Below are positions 23,575 through 34,999 of a DNA stretch of 64,000 nucleotides, in pieces. The first letter of the stretch is position 1, and every line of letters starts with the position of its first letter. This DNA comes from Azolla caroliniana (lineage: Eukaryota > Plantae > Polypodiophyta): assembly GCA_043228905.1 (NCBI GenBank), contig JBHGNT010000009.1:20088001-20152000 (forward strand), in the 5' to 3' direction. A program made the position numbers and the translations under genes. Under the pieces are notes generated by a model. It searched no databases. It was not told where the DNA came from and saw only the letters and a program-made list of their open reading frames with translations.

Positions 23575-24030
23575 AAATCAGTAATCAGAATTGGTGCAAA
23601 AACATAATTTTTAATGTGAATTTGTGCAATATTACAACACTTTGAGGCAGTAATTTGTTCTTTTCAACATGTATCAGAAATCAACCACTTAAAAAATTAG
23701 AAACCCTAATTAGAATTTGTCATGAGAATTGGTGCAAAATTACTACAGATTGTGACAGTAATCAGAAATTTGTAACAATCAGAATTGGTGCAAAAACAGA
23801 TTTTTTAATGTGAATTTGGTGCAATATTACAACACTTTGAGACAGTAATCTATTCTTTTCAACATGTATTAGAAATCAACCACTTAAAAAATCAGAAACC
23901 CTATTCAAAATTTGTCATGAGAATTGGTGCAAAATTACAACAGATTGCGACAGTAATCAGAAATTTGTAATTAGAAATTTGTAACCAGAAACTTGCAATC
24001 TGAAATTTGTAATCAGAAACCCTAAACCAC
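23575..24030. repeat. ~194-bp tandem duplication with ATCAGAA sub-repeats in the likely first intron of the accessory gene
   Basis: AATCAGAATTGGTGCAAAAAC... at ~23583 and ~23777; minus-strand acceptor at 23565. Confidence 0.75.
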
Positions 24031-24666
24031 TTAAGGGAAACACAAACCCTAATCATCACTAAAGGCAGAAATCAACTGTACTACGAAATTCTATCAATTA
24101 GAAACACACTTGTTGCGACACCCCGATCTTCGAGACATCCTTGTTTGGGACTCCAACGACTTCGCCCTATTCGATTTTTGGGAAAGATGAACAGGCACCA
24201 AAGTTACAGACAGTTATAAATTAGGGAAAAAAAAGTTTTTTTAATATGTAACTGATACATACCTAGACGAGGATCGACTAGCTTGTGTGTTGTAGCTCTA
24301 AAGGTGCAATGTCGATCTCAGAGTTTTTGTGCTGCTGCGGGGGCTTCGTCTGCGTTCATGCTTAAAGTACTCCATCTGTTTGGAGTTCGAACTCGAACTC
24401 AGGATTATCAAGAATTTGATGACATTCAAGTCGACCTTAGATGATGGCACTATTCCCCAAGTTCCACTACGTCAGAAACCAAAGTTCAAATATTTGAGTA
24501 TTCTCATCAATTAAATGACATGTATTTAACTAATAAAACATAAAATTTCGTAAACCATCCTTATGATTTTCCCACAAAAAAACTAGCTAAACAAATAGCT
24601 AATTAGTTGTGGCCATTTTAGTAGCTAATTAGCTATAATAGTGTTTCCACTCGTATGCTTTTACCC

Positions 24667-24961
24667 TTAGCTCAGTATTCAACTAAAGCTTTCTAGCCTT
24701 TGTGTTTACCACAAACAGTTTTACCAAACTATCCCAAGCTTCGTTTGGAAGCAAAGCATCTTGTATGTGACCGAGCATCGAATCCGCGATGCTAACTGAC
24801 AGCCAATGCAATACTTTCATTGCCCCTTGATTCCATTCCTTAAATACTTTAATCTGTGCAATAGTAACTGCATTTTCTTCAGGGATCTCTGGAGCCTCTT
24901 CTAGGCCTCTTTCAATGTAATCCCAATATCCTTTTCCCATCAGGAAATTTGTCATTCTGAA
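24667..24961 (-). pseudogene. Displaced gag N-terminal part of the 5722-9943 copia element; further 5' part deleted
   Basis: FRMTNFLMGKGYWDYI...AWDSLVKLF...ARKL continues in frame into the gag at 9943. Confidence 0.88.
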
Positions 24962-25579
24962 AGGGATGCGCAAGACCCATTGTGTTTTAGGGTTTAATTG
25001 CAAGTACACAACAGAATTGTTATTCCGCAATTTATCGTGCTTTTGTTCCATGTGTTTAGATGAAGCTTGGGATGAATGCACCAATCTATCAATTGTGGAG
25101 CCATGGAGCTACAAAAGCTAGAGATAGAATAATGTGTGGATATCCAAGAAAACGAACATTTAGTCAATATTGTATACTACAACTAGTTTGAGGACTTGGC
25201 AATATTATTGGAAGTTGGAGATCATTTTGCGGTGCTCAAATCTCCTCAGAATGAAGATTTTGAAGACTAGTACATTGTGGTGTGCAAGCAAGGAAATACA
25301 ATATTGGAAGAAGTCTTGAGGGATGGTTGGGGCAACATGTTCAATATTGGTGAGCCTGTCGTATATGGCAATTACTATGCAAAGTTGCCACAATGCAAGA
25401 ACACATATGCATTGTTAAAAGATGCACCCACCGCAATAATCTATATTGATGCCATTATCATAATTAAGTTCAAAATGACTCAAGCAAATCACAAGGTTAA
25501 GGGATACAACAATGTCTACAAAGTCCCCAAAGGGGTACACGAACACATATTGGGGGAGGTCTCCCTCTTTAATGCTTAG
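24962..25579 (+). pseudogene. C-terminal fragment of the element 2 transposase
   Basis: RNLSCFCSMC..W..LEVGDHFAV..DGWGN aligns with element 1 RELTCFCFHC..W..LNVGDNFAV..DAWGN. Confidence 0.8.
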
Positions 25580-25779
25580 AATGTCAAGTGTTCCTTCATA
25601 TGTAACTTTTGCATGTATTCAAACTCTGACTTAGAAATGAAAGGAAATATATTATCTTGGGTTTTCTAACAATATCCCTCTTTGGTTTAGATATGTATGT
25701 TTCTTTTACATAAGTGTCTAGTGCTTGGTAAAAAATCTCATTGGCAATTATCTAAGCCTACGTTTAGGGTTTACTAACC

Positions 25780-26435
25780 TATCAATATCTAAGTTAGGAG
25801 TGTTCATTCCAAGTTTTACTCACCTTCTCACTGTCACACACATGTTAAAAGTGTGTGCCTATAACTCTTTCGGAGTTCATATGTATCAAAGTTAGTACAA
25901 TACATATCAAGTTAGTACTAAAACTGTGTTAAGAGTTTGCTAACGTAGACATATGTAAGATCTGAGTGTTCATTCCACTCATCACTCAGCTTCTCACTAC
26001 CACATGTGTGCATAACAAGTAAACCAAAACAATGTCACGATGAGGGTAATCAATTACAGACAACCACCTAGATACAATAAACTTAGCTAGGTACTGAGTG
26101 GCACTTCATCATTGGAGGTAGTAGACTACTGAGTGGCACGAGGCAGTAGAAAATTAGCTACAATGCATATCAAGTTAGTACTTAAACTGTGTTAAGTGTT
26201 TACTAACAAGGACATATCTAAGATAGGAGTGTTCATTCCACTGATGACTTTACATTCTCACTGTCACATGTGTGCATAACAAGTAAAGCAAAATTGTGTC
26301 AAGATGAGGGTAATCAATAACTTTGCATCCAATTCATAGTCTGGATAAGTAAACCAAAATAGTGTCAAGAAACAGGTAATCAGTAACTTTACATTCGGTA
26401 ATCAATTACATACAACCTTCAAAATACAATAAACT
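25780..26435. repeat. Direct repeats between the convergent genes of element 2, with GTTAGTAC motifs
   Basis: GAGTGTTCATTCCA at ~25798, ~25965 and ~26227; CATATCAAGTTAGTACT at ~25903 and ~26166. Confidence 0.7.
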
Positions 26436-27348
26436 TTGGTTTTAGTTTTTTCTGGATCTTGTAATGCGCCTATTTCTGGTTTCATTCTTCTCAAATTTCA
26501 CACCCTTCTTCATCTTAAAGCCACGAGGTAGTAAACTGCTTAGTGGCAATTCATCATCGGAGGGAACAGTGCGCTCTATTGCAACAGCCTGAAATGCACA
26601 CACTTCTAAGAAGATGTGGTTGATAGTCTTACCAGAAATCTCCTAGAGGACATTGGACACATCATTCTGAAATTTTCCCGGCTCCACTTCGTGGGTAGAC
26701 ACCACTACCACTTTATTAGGAGTACAAACATGTTCATCATCGTGGGTGCTTGTCTTCATTGCAAACTCCCCGCTGATGATGCTAGACACTTGCTCCAAGT
26801 GCAAGCTACTTGTAGTATTTTGGACGGACACCTCATTCGTAGTACCACCCTCTCCTTCTTCTTGAGTAGTTGCTACAGTCTCCTTAATGATACAATCTTG
26901 CCCTAGGTAAAGGTTGCTTGTGGTGTTTTGGACACACACCTCATTCTTTGTACAACCATGATCCTCTCCTTGGGTCAAATTCACATTCCCTGCAAACTCC
27001 TCGTATAAGTCGCTTGTCCACTCCAGCTCCTCTTTTTGGGTGATTTCACATTCCTCATGTGTGGTAGCATCTAAGCCTGAATAATCAAGATCGCTCCATA
27101 AACTACCTGAATCATCTAATGGTATTTGTGAATCTCCATGCTCTTCTACTCGTAAATAAAATAGAGGGATGCAAGAACAATATCAAATCACATTCTGAAA
27201 AAGTGAAGGCACCTAGCCAAATGCTTAAGGTTAAGGGAAAAATGTTTACCTACTATTACATCTTCATCTTGATCTTTTGTAGATTAGTCTTTGCATATGA
27301 TTGTGTTTGTCATGTGCTGCAAGACGTGGTTTGCATTGGCATCACAAT

Positions 27349-28552
27349 TGTCACGGACACACCAAGTGCAGACTAAGACGGAGCACGGATGATGAGGCTA
27401 CAACGGAGCGATGACGGAATGATACAAGAGCATAAAGATAGAGATGAAGATTAAGGAGAGAAGATGGGCGAAACGAGAATACTAGATTGATATGTCCATG
27501 ACTGGCGTTGTTCACCTTGAATTCCTTCAAGGTGAACTCAACTATTTATACTAAGTGGCATGCATACCTATTGCACGCATGTGATACAATAGAGCAAGTA
27601 GGCAGTAGGTACGCATGCATGTGCCAAGTGTTAATGACGGGAACTCAACGCTCCTTATGCGCAATGCTCGGCCACAACCGAGCTTAAAATCATACACAGA
27701 AAACGGGAATGAATGCACGACACAAGAGAAGAGACGAGTACGCAGGATGTTTACGTGGAAAACCCAAACTAAGGGAAAAACCACGGCAGCCCACAGGCTG
27801 CAAACTATCACTATGCTAGAATGTACAACAGTGAGTTCACGGAGGCAACGACCTCGTGCTCACGATCCTCGCCACAGGCGGCAGTTACAACAGAGGCAAC
27901 GACCTCTTTCTCTCTCTGTGTGTGTACACAGTTCCGCGCTCTCTCTCTCCTTGCACCAACAAGAATAACAACAGTTAACTAAAAGTTTGCCCTAAGTCAT
28001 ATTTATACTAATATGACTTTTCGGCTATTTACAAATATAGCCATGATGGACTCTCATAAACATATTTACTAATATGTCTCTTCATCCGGTGAGCACTCCT
28101 CACCGGGTCTGCACCATCCGGCTCTCCGTAGCCGGGTACTCCTCATCCAGTCCTCACCGGGTCTGCACCATCCGGCTCTCCGTAGCCGGGTACTCCTCAT
28201 CCGGTTTCGGCCTCGGCCGAGTTTGTTCATCAGCACTGTTCTTCTCCCTTCCCATCCGGAGGGACCTGTCTCCCAACAGTTAATAATACAAGGGAGAAAT
28301 TATGCACATGATGCTAGCTAAAATCTACAATGAGGAAGTATATACATGATTATATGCTAGATGTGTGGTTAACACAAAACACTCGATTATAACATGGTCA
28401 TGTCAAGAGTTCAATCTAGTATTCTCGTTTCGCCCATCTTCTCTCCTTAATCTTCATCTCTATCTTTATGCTCTTGTGTCATTCCGTCATCGCTCTGTTG
28501 TAGCCTCATCATCCATGCTCCGTCTTAGTCTGCACTTGGTGTGTCTGTGACA
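27349..28552. mobile_element. LTR-derived element with ~140-bp terminal inverted repeats and 5-bp TSD
   Basis: 27349-~27490 is the near-perfect reverse complement of ~28411-28552; TGTCAC...GTGACA ends; TSD ACAAT. Confidence 0.85.
27635..28278. mobile_element. Solo LTR nested in the previous element
   Basis: TGACGGGA...TCCCAACA, TSD GTTAA; related to LTR 3524-4028; internal 54-bp tandem duplication at ~28097-28202. Confidence 0.88.
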
Positions 28553-29298
28553 ACAATCGTCATTGTTGCTTGGGATGGTCCCAGTTTCAAGTTGGGGCTC
28601 TTCATCATGCCAATATTTCACAACACTCTCTATATATTAATACACTTGTACATTATTGTCACATGAAGTAATATGGTCAAAGAAACTATTAGATGAGAGG
28701 GCTCCCAACATGTACCTGGAAGTGAGATAAATTTTTCTTCGTATTGTGGCTCTGAATTTGTATCTCCATTTTCATTACTCTTTTCTTCCCTGTCTAAAAA
28801 CAAAAGTACGTAGTATTAGTCTAACTCTAAAACTTTACAACAGCCACAAGTTTGTGAGAATTTGTATCACCCACCACAACAATCAACTTTGCATTTCTTC
28901 CCCTTTCCATACAATTTCCTTGCAGCATTACGCTTCTTCGTAGGCTCTTTGATAGAAACCTAATAAATTAGTAGTATACCAACATTTCAGAAATTAGAAG
29001 TGCAAACCCAATTAGCATTACCATTCACACAATCAGGGCATGCCGAGCTAGGAGATTTTGTTTCAAGCAACACATCTTCAACTATTCCAATGGCCTTCTC
29101 ATACATTCATCTTCATCATAAATTTCATCAAGTACCACTAAGGAACAACCGTGGATTTTGGAATTTGCAGCAGACTCTATACGTAGTATCGCGGGGCCTG
29201 GTTTGTCAATTACCTTCCCTGGTGTGGTGTTGCTAGATACTACAACATTCATATTATAAGCATACATATTATAAGAGTACATATTATGAGATATTGGT

Positions 29299-29830
29299 CC
29301 ACCTGGACATGCATATTTCATCTGGTAATGAACAATGTTCGTACTAAAAAGCCAAGACCTTCATGCCTATTTGTTCGGTCATGCAAAGCCTACGTCAAGT
29401 GGACTCAAAAAGTACAATGCAATTAACCAATGTTAGTACTAATACAAGTTATACAACTAAACATTTATGACCTTTAGTACTAAATAATCAATACTAAATC
29501 AATTGATCACTAAGGAATACAATGTAATTAGTATTGTTAATACTTAATAACATCTTAGGAGCTTAAAGGAATAGTACGGAACCACCTGGACATGCATATT
29601 TCATCTGGTAATGAACAATGTTAGTACTAAACAATCAAGACCAACATGCCTATTTGTTTGATCATGCAAAGCCTAAGTCAAGTGAATACAAAAAGTACAA
29701 TGCAATAAACAATGTTAGTACTAATACAAGTTATACAACTAAACATTTAAGACCTTTAATACGAAAATATTTGCACTAAATCAACTGATCATCCTGGATT
29801 ACAATGTAATCAGTAATGTTAGTACTAAAT
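29299..29830. repeat. ~283-bp tandem duplication rich in TTAGTACTAA, in the intron after the element 2 RING exon
   Basis: CCACCTGGACATGCATATTTCATCTGG at 29299 and 29582; many AGTACT palindromes. Confidence 0.85.
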
Positions 29831-31489
29831 CATGAAAAAGGATCTTGAGGAAACAATACTCATATGTATAAGAACAGAACCAAAAGTAAAATTATAAAAT
29901 CATAGTATACAAATTGCCTAATGCCTAATCACATACCATAGGAGTGTACTTTCAAACCCCAAGCTAGGTACCACTCTACTCCAACTGTACTTTTACAGTC
30001 CAAACATATATTTTCTTTCTCGAAATGGTACTTAGCGCATAAAAATTGATATGTGTGCAAGCATGGTGTAATGATAGCATCCATAGACTCAAGCTTGAAT
30101 CCAAGGCCACAAAATAAACACCTTCAGTGACGAGACACAACATACATTATATTAGCACCAATGATATTTTATACCATAGAAGGTCAAAAAGGAGAAATAT
30201 AAACCATTACCGTGATATAGTAATGTTTGTAATTGTACTTTCCATGCAAGTGGGGTGCTCAACTACGTCTAGACAGAGAGTATCTAAACCTTTTTCTTTT
30301 AGACCATTCATCAAACATGTTAGGTTCTCTTAATGCAGCTTTAAGGCTGATAATTTCTCATCAATTTTAGAATGAGAAAACCGCATGTCTCTAGATATTT
30401 CTTCTGTGCTTCCAGATGAGTACCCATAGTTGTGAGCTCCTTCTTCAACTCCTTTTTTAACACATCGCTTTCAGAATTTTGGATTGTTGATGCAATCCAT
30501 TCGTATGTATTCGACAGAGATGTGAATTGTTTCTCTGCTACCATCTCACTAGATGAAACTTCTTCCAAATCGGCCAACAGTGCTTGCATTTTTGTTTGCA
30601 TGGAAGCTATACAGCGCAACAATCTCTTTTCATGTTTTTCTGTCAGTGTCACTTTCTGTTTTGCAATTTGTTGAGTCAACATAGATATCCGAGTTTGCAA
30701 TTTCAATATGAGAGGTACCCTCAGACTTCATGGTAGTGTTGGTACTTGAGGACCTTCTATAATGTGATGATCGATGATGAGCAAAATCTTCCCAATCAAC
30801 TTCAATGCCACCATGTAGTTCACATGCAAATGCACGTGCAAAGATAGATCCTACCTCATTGTTTAGGATATGTTTCGTATCATAAACTTGTTCATATCGT
30901 GACTTTAGTTCAGTGATATAATCCTTCTTCAATTGAGTGAGGTGGAAACCTCTCCTTGTCTTGGGTTGTGATGAGCCCCAAGTTTTCATCATCTACATGT
31001 CTAGGTCTTCATAAGTGTCAAGTCGTGCAAGAAGGAAATAACCCCATCCTAATTTTGCACCTCGATGGATGTTTGTGTGAATCTTCTTGCCCTGAGTTGT
31101 TGAAAACTTTGACCTCCCTCTGGTGGGGGTCATCTTACTTTCTTTGATGGGGTTCCCTTTTCTTTCCTTGCATGGTGTGTTGACATTTTCTTTGACCATT
31201 TTCTTCTTCATGGGTGTCTTTCTTGTCATTAGAATCTTGTCTCTCTTCTTCGCCTCACATGCACAACAATAGTAAATAACAGTAAATCATGCACAACAAT
31301 AGTAAACAATATTAAATAATATACAATTCAAGGAGATGTCGGATATGAAACATAATGTTAACTCCCAATACACAACATATACACATGCATCATAACAGTT
31401 CTAAATCAGGTACGAAAACAAGAATAATAAGGACGACAAGAACAACAAAAACAAAAAAAAGGACAAGAACAAGTACAAGATCAAGATCA

Positions 31490-31970
31490 TTTAACAAGAA
31501 CCCTCTTTCAATATATCAACATGTACAAAATTCAAGAACCCTAAATGACAATAACACATAATCAAATATACAGTAGAACATGTACCAAATGTCATTAGGG
31601 TTGGGGCTATACAAAATTCAAGCACCTATAGAAAATGACATAAGCTTGTTGACCGACTCTCAAATTCAAGCATATGCATGTACAAAACTCTCAAATGATC
31701 AAGGGAGAACAACAACAACAAAACCCTAAACGATAATAACAGAGAGAATCAAACATACAGATAAACATGTCCCAAACATCGTTATGGTTGCAGATGTACA
31801 AAATTCAAGCACCTATAGAAAATGACATAAGCATGTACAAGACTGTCAAATTCAAGCATATGCATTTACAAAGCACTCAAATGATCAAGGGAGAACAACA
31901 ACAACAACAACAACCAAACCCTAAATGACAAAAGCAGATAGAATCAAACATACAATAGAACATGTACCAG
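31490..31970. repeat. ~185-bp tandem repeats upstream of the element 2 accessory ORF
   Basis: ACAAAATTCAAGCACCTATAGAAAATGACATAAGC occurs twice; AACCCTAAA(T/C)GA occurs three times. Confidence 0.75.
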
Positions 31971-32279
31971 GTAGAGGGAACACGACCAACAGAGCAGAGA
32001 CCGATGCGAAGGGGACATGGTGAGCAGACCACACTTCAGAGAACGCCTAAGAGAGAGAACGCAACCAATAGAGGAAAGCTCGATGCAACGAGGACATAGT
32101 ACAACACTTGAGAGAGGGAGGACGCGACGAGGACACAATTGAACACCTGATGTCGATGCAGAAAGGACTCGGTAGGACACCTAAGTGTATTGTTGTTGCA
32201 AAGAGGACACAATGAGCAAGGAATGCTTGGAGTTTGCAGGGTGAGCAGAGAACATGGAGAAACCTGTGCAGATGTTGGA

Positions 32280-32280
<1 letters not shown>

Positions 32281-32311
<31 letters not shown>

Positions 32312-32345
32312 AGGGAGGGGGAGGGAGGGAGGGAGGGAGAGGGGT
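32281..32345. repeat. (GA)n/(GGGA)n microsatellite
   Basis: Direct read. Confidence 0.9.
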
Positions 32346-32729
32346 ACGAACGTAGTGAATGTTATAACAAGTAGAAGGGGGAAGGAAAGAGTGACAAAGA
32401 GAGGAGGTATAAACCTAGGGAATCATCGAGTGTACACAGAGAGAGAGAGAGGCTAACTAATAGTTCGAGATAAACAGGCTTCGATCTAAGAGAGATAGAG
32501 AGACAAAGTGGAAGAGAGACAGACTGACTATCTTCATGATTGACTGACTACTTGAGATCTTATATAGTTAAGACCTCCTTACAACATTACCTAGCTTAAA
32601 GTTTCCATTTGAAAGGATAAACTATAAATATTAAAGCCTAAAAACAGTTCTGAAATAACCTACACCATAAATAATAACTCTGATAAACACTAGAGAACTT
32701 ATGCTATAGAAATGTAAGAGTAATACCGA

Positions 32730-32822
32730 GTGAAGGAGAAGACATGCTTAGGGAAGGAGAAGACATACCGAGGGAAGGAGACGACATACCGACGGAAGGA
32801 GAAGAAATACCGACGGAAGGCG
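32730..32822. repeat. 21-bp minisatellite, ~4.5 copies
   Basis: GAAGGAGAAGACATACCGA(C/G)G units. Confidence 0.8.
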
Positions 32823-33242
32823 AAGATGGGGAAGATGTGTGACACAAAGAACAACCAAATCTTGGGGACATTCGCATGCTGCGAATACTTGAGATGCAAA
32901 GAACGACAAAACGGTGAATCTGATATGGGCTCGATTGGAAGGAGGAAGAGGAGACGCCAAAATGGTGAGAAGCGCCAAATTCAATTAATGTGGCATGCTA
33001 AATAAAAAGTGAGGGGGAAATAGCCCCAAATCAGTCCTAACTCCTAAATACGCAGCAACTATCTCCCCCCATTAAATGCAACGTGTACTACCCCCATCCC
33101 ACTCCCTAAAAAGATTATAAATTTTTCCAATTTTTTTAAAAACTTTTTTATAATTACTTAGTACTAACAATATTAATAGTACTCGTGTGTTTTTTTTGCC
33201 AAAAACAGTACTTTTTTGGTACACCATAGCATGCTTTGACCC

Positions 33243-33735
33243 CTATGCTTGAAGGTTTTACCGATTCGGACATGTAGGGGCATACAAACTCCAGCCGATC
33301 TACATCAGGGTACGTGATGACCTATGTAGGGGGAGCAGTGTCGTGGCAATCACGACTGCATAAGTCAGTGGCCTTGTCAACCACAGAGGCAGAGTACATG
33401 GTAGCGGTAGAGGCCGGCAAAGAGCTAATCTGGATGAGAAATTTTCCCAGTGAGTTGGGGATGAAGCAAAGGGAGTTCTTGCTTCATTGTGACAACCAGA
33501 GTGTCATACATCTAGCCAAGAATGTTGCGTACCACTCCCGAACCAAACGTATACAAAGGAGATATCATTGGTTACAAGAGAAAGTGGAGGAAGGAGAGTT
33601 ACACTTGTGAAGATCCATACTGATGACAATGGATCCGACATGTTGACAAAAGACCTACCGATGGACAGAGGAAGAGTCTGTCGACAGAGGACAAGAATAA
33701 CGGACCGCGCCCCACTAGAGTGAAGGGGGAGTTTG
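33243..33735 (+). pseudogene. Copia RNase H fragment with PPT; insertion target of element 2
   Basis: GFTDSD..STSGYVMTYVGGAVSWQSRL..ALSTTEAEY..CDNQS; PPT TGAAGGGGGAG followed by TGTTAGG. Confidence 0.88.
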
Positions 33736-34078
33736 TTAGGAATATGTCCCTCCAATGGGAGAAGCTGACAATCGAAGACAGGATGTCGTCTAACTTGATG
33801 AAGCATGATTGAGGCAGAACTTGTGAAACGAAATCTCATTCCGAGCGTCTACAATCATAGGGGTAAAGTGTTGCCGACTGGCTTACTTCAAGGGTGAGTT
33901 AGAACAGTGGAGTGCAGATTTCTTCAAGTGTCTCTCTTCATTGAGAATGATCTTGTAGAGAGTTTCCAAGCGAGGGATACAAGAAATGATCTTTAGAGTG
34001 CACAAAGGAAGAGTTGTTCATGAGAACAAAGTAGACGGCAACGGTCGGATCAAAGAAATGTCATGCTCTGATACTAGA

Positions 34079-34450
34079 TGTTGGAGGCGGCCATAAGATG
34101 CAGAACAATCTCAGCACTCTTCTTGTAGAAGATCTTCAACAAGTATAAGATAAACCAATCAATAGCAGCATGCAACTAAATCGGAAGACAAATCTAATCA
34201 TCTGAAATCAAGAGAGAGAGCGCAAGCAACCTAAGCACAAAACAGTGTAATTGTATTATTCAAGCGCAAAGTTACAAAACGAATGGTAGCAATAACCAAG
34301 ATGAACAATAACCTTCCAAACTAGGTCACAAGGCCCGTTATATACTAATTGGGCTAGGGTAACTGCCTTTGACATATTTACAAGATTGTCCTAAATCTAG
34401 TTTGTGCAAGGGACAATGTGAATACGGCCATTATATACCCATATTCGACA
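34079..34450 (-). mobile_element. 5' LTR of the outer retroelement (pairs with 3072-3447)
   Basis: TGTTGG...TCGACA; degenerate iMet PBS GCTCTGATACTA at ~34065-34076; flank GTGCC versus GTGCT at the other LTR. Confidence 0.82.
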
Positions 34451-34999
34451 GTGCCTTCTTTTGGATTGGAATTGGTCCCTGTGGTGAGTGCCAACTGAGA
34501 TTGGGACCACTTAGGGACAATAACACATAGCCCTTTTCTAAATACTCACAAGTATTTACACAATTACACTTCTTAGACATGTGTACTTTGTTTTGTCACA
34601 TGTTCTATAGCGAGGCAACCAGACACACACATTCATACATATTTTCATTAATACATACACATTACCTTAAACATTCGTATATTTACATACACACACACTA
34701 TCATTCATATCTCAACACACACACACACAATCATTGATAAACACATACATACATATAATTAAAAAACACACTCACTCACTTAGACACGTTAACTCGAAAG
34801 TTGAAAATTAAGTGTCCATGAGCACTTCCACATTGATGACATGACAAATCCCATCCTCTCTAGTTCAAGTCCCTTAGAGTGATGGCGCTCATGTTCCACA
34901 TGCATGCACATAATCTCATGAAGTCTTTAGTCAATCCGACGTGAAACAAGTGGCATGGGAGGATGAAGACTTTGCATCAATAATGGTAAGGATGATTAT

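Larger units (their letters stand above)
9944..24666 (+). mobile_element. Large two-gene TIR DNA transposon (Sola2-like), element 1
   Basis: 25-bp TIRs: GGGTGAAAGCATGTGAGTGGAAACA (9944-9968) and reverse complement GGGTAAAAGCATACGAGTGGAAACA (24642-24666). TSD TTAG (or TA if the ends are GGGG/CCCT). Removal rejoins the host gag (...LNTELNTLEKGK). Confidence 0.88.
26440..31229 (-). pseudogene. Accessory multi-exon gene of element 2: FARAF domain, coiled coil, RING finger and low-complexity tail
   Basis: IFARAFACELHGGIEVDWEDFA (ORF 30630-30992); coiled coil (ORF 30341-30706); exon 30121-29937 reads CLFCGLGFKLESMDAIITPCLHTYQFLCAKYHFEKENICLDCKSTVGVEW. Confidence 0.65.
24962..33242 (+). mobile_element. 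Second, divergent two-gene Sola2-like transposon (element 2), left end deleted
   Basis: Right end ...ATGCTTTGACCC (reverse complement GGGTCAAAGCATG) matches the element 1 TIR; transposase C-terminus and convergent accessory gene are in the same arrangement. Confidence 0.75.

Noticed and set aside
32190-33005. Arg/Glu-rich ORFs
   Set aside because: Products of GA microsatellite and 21-bp repeats.
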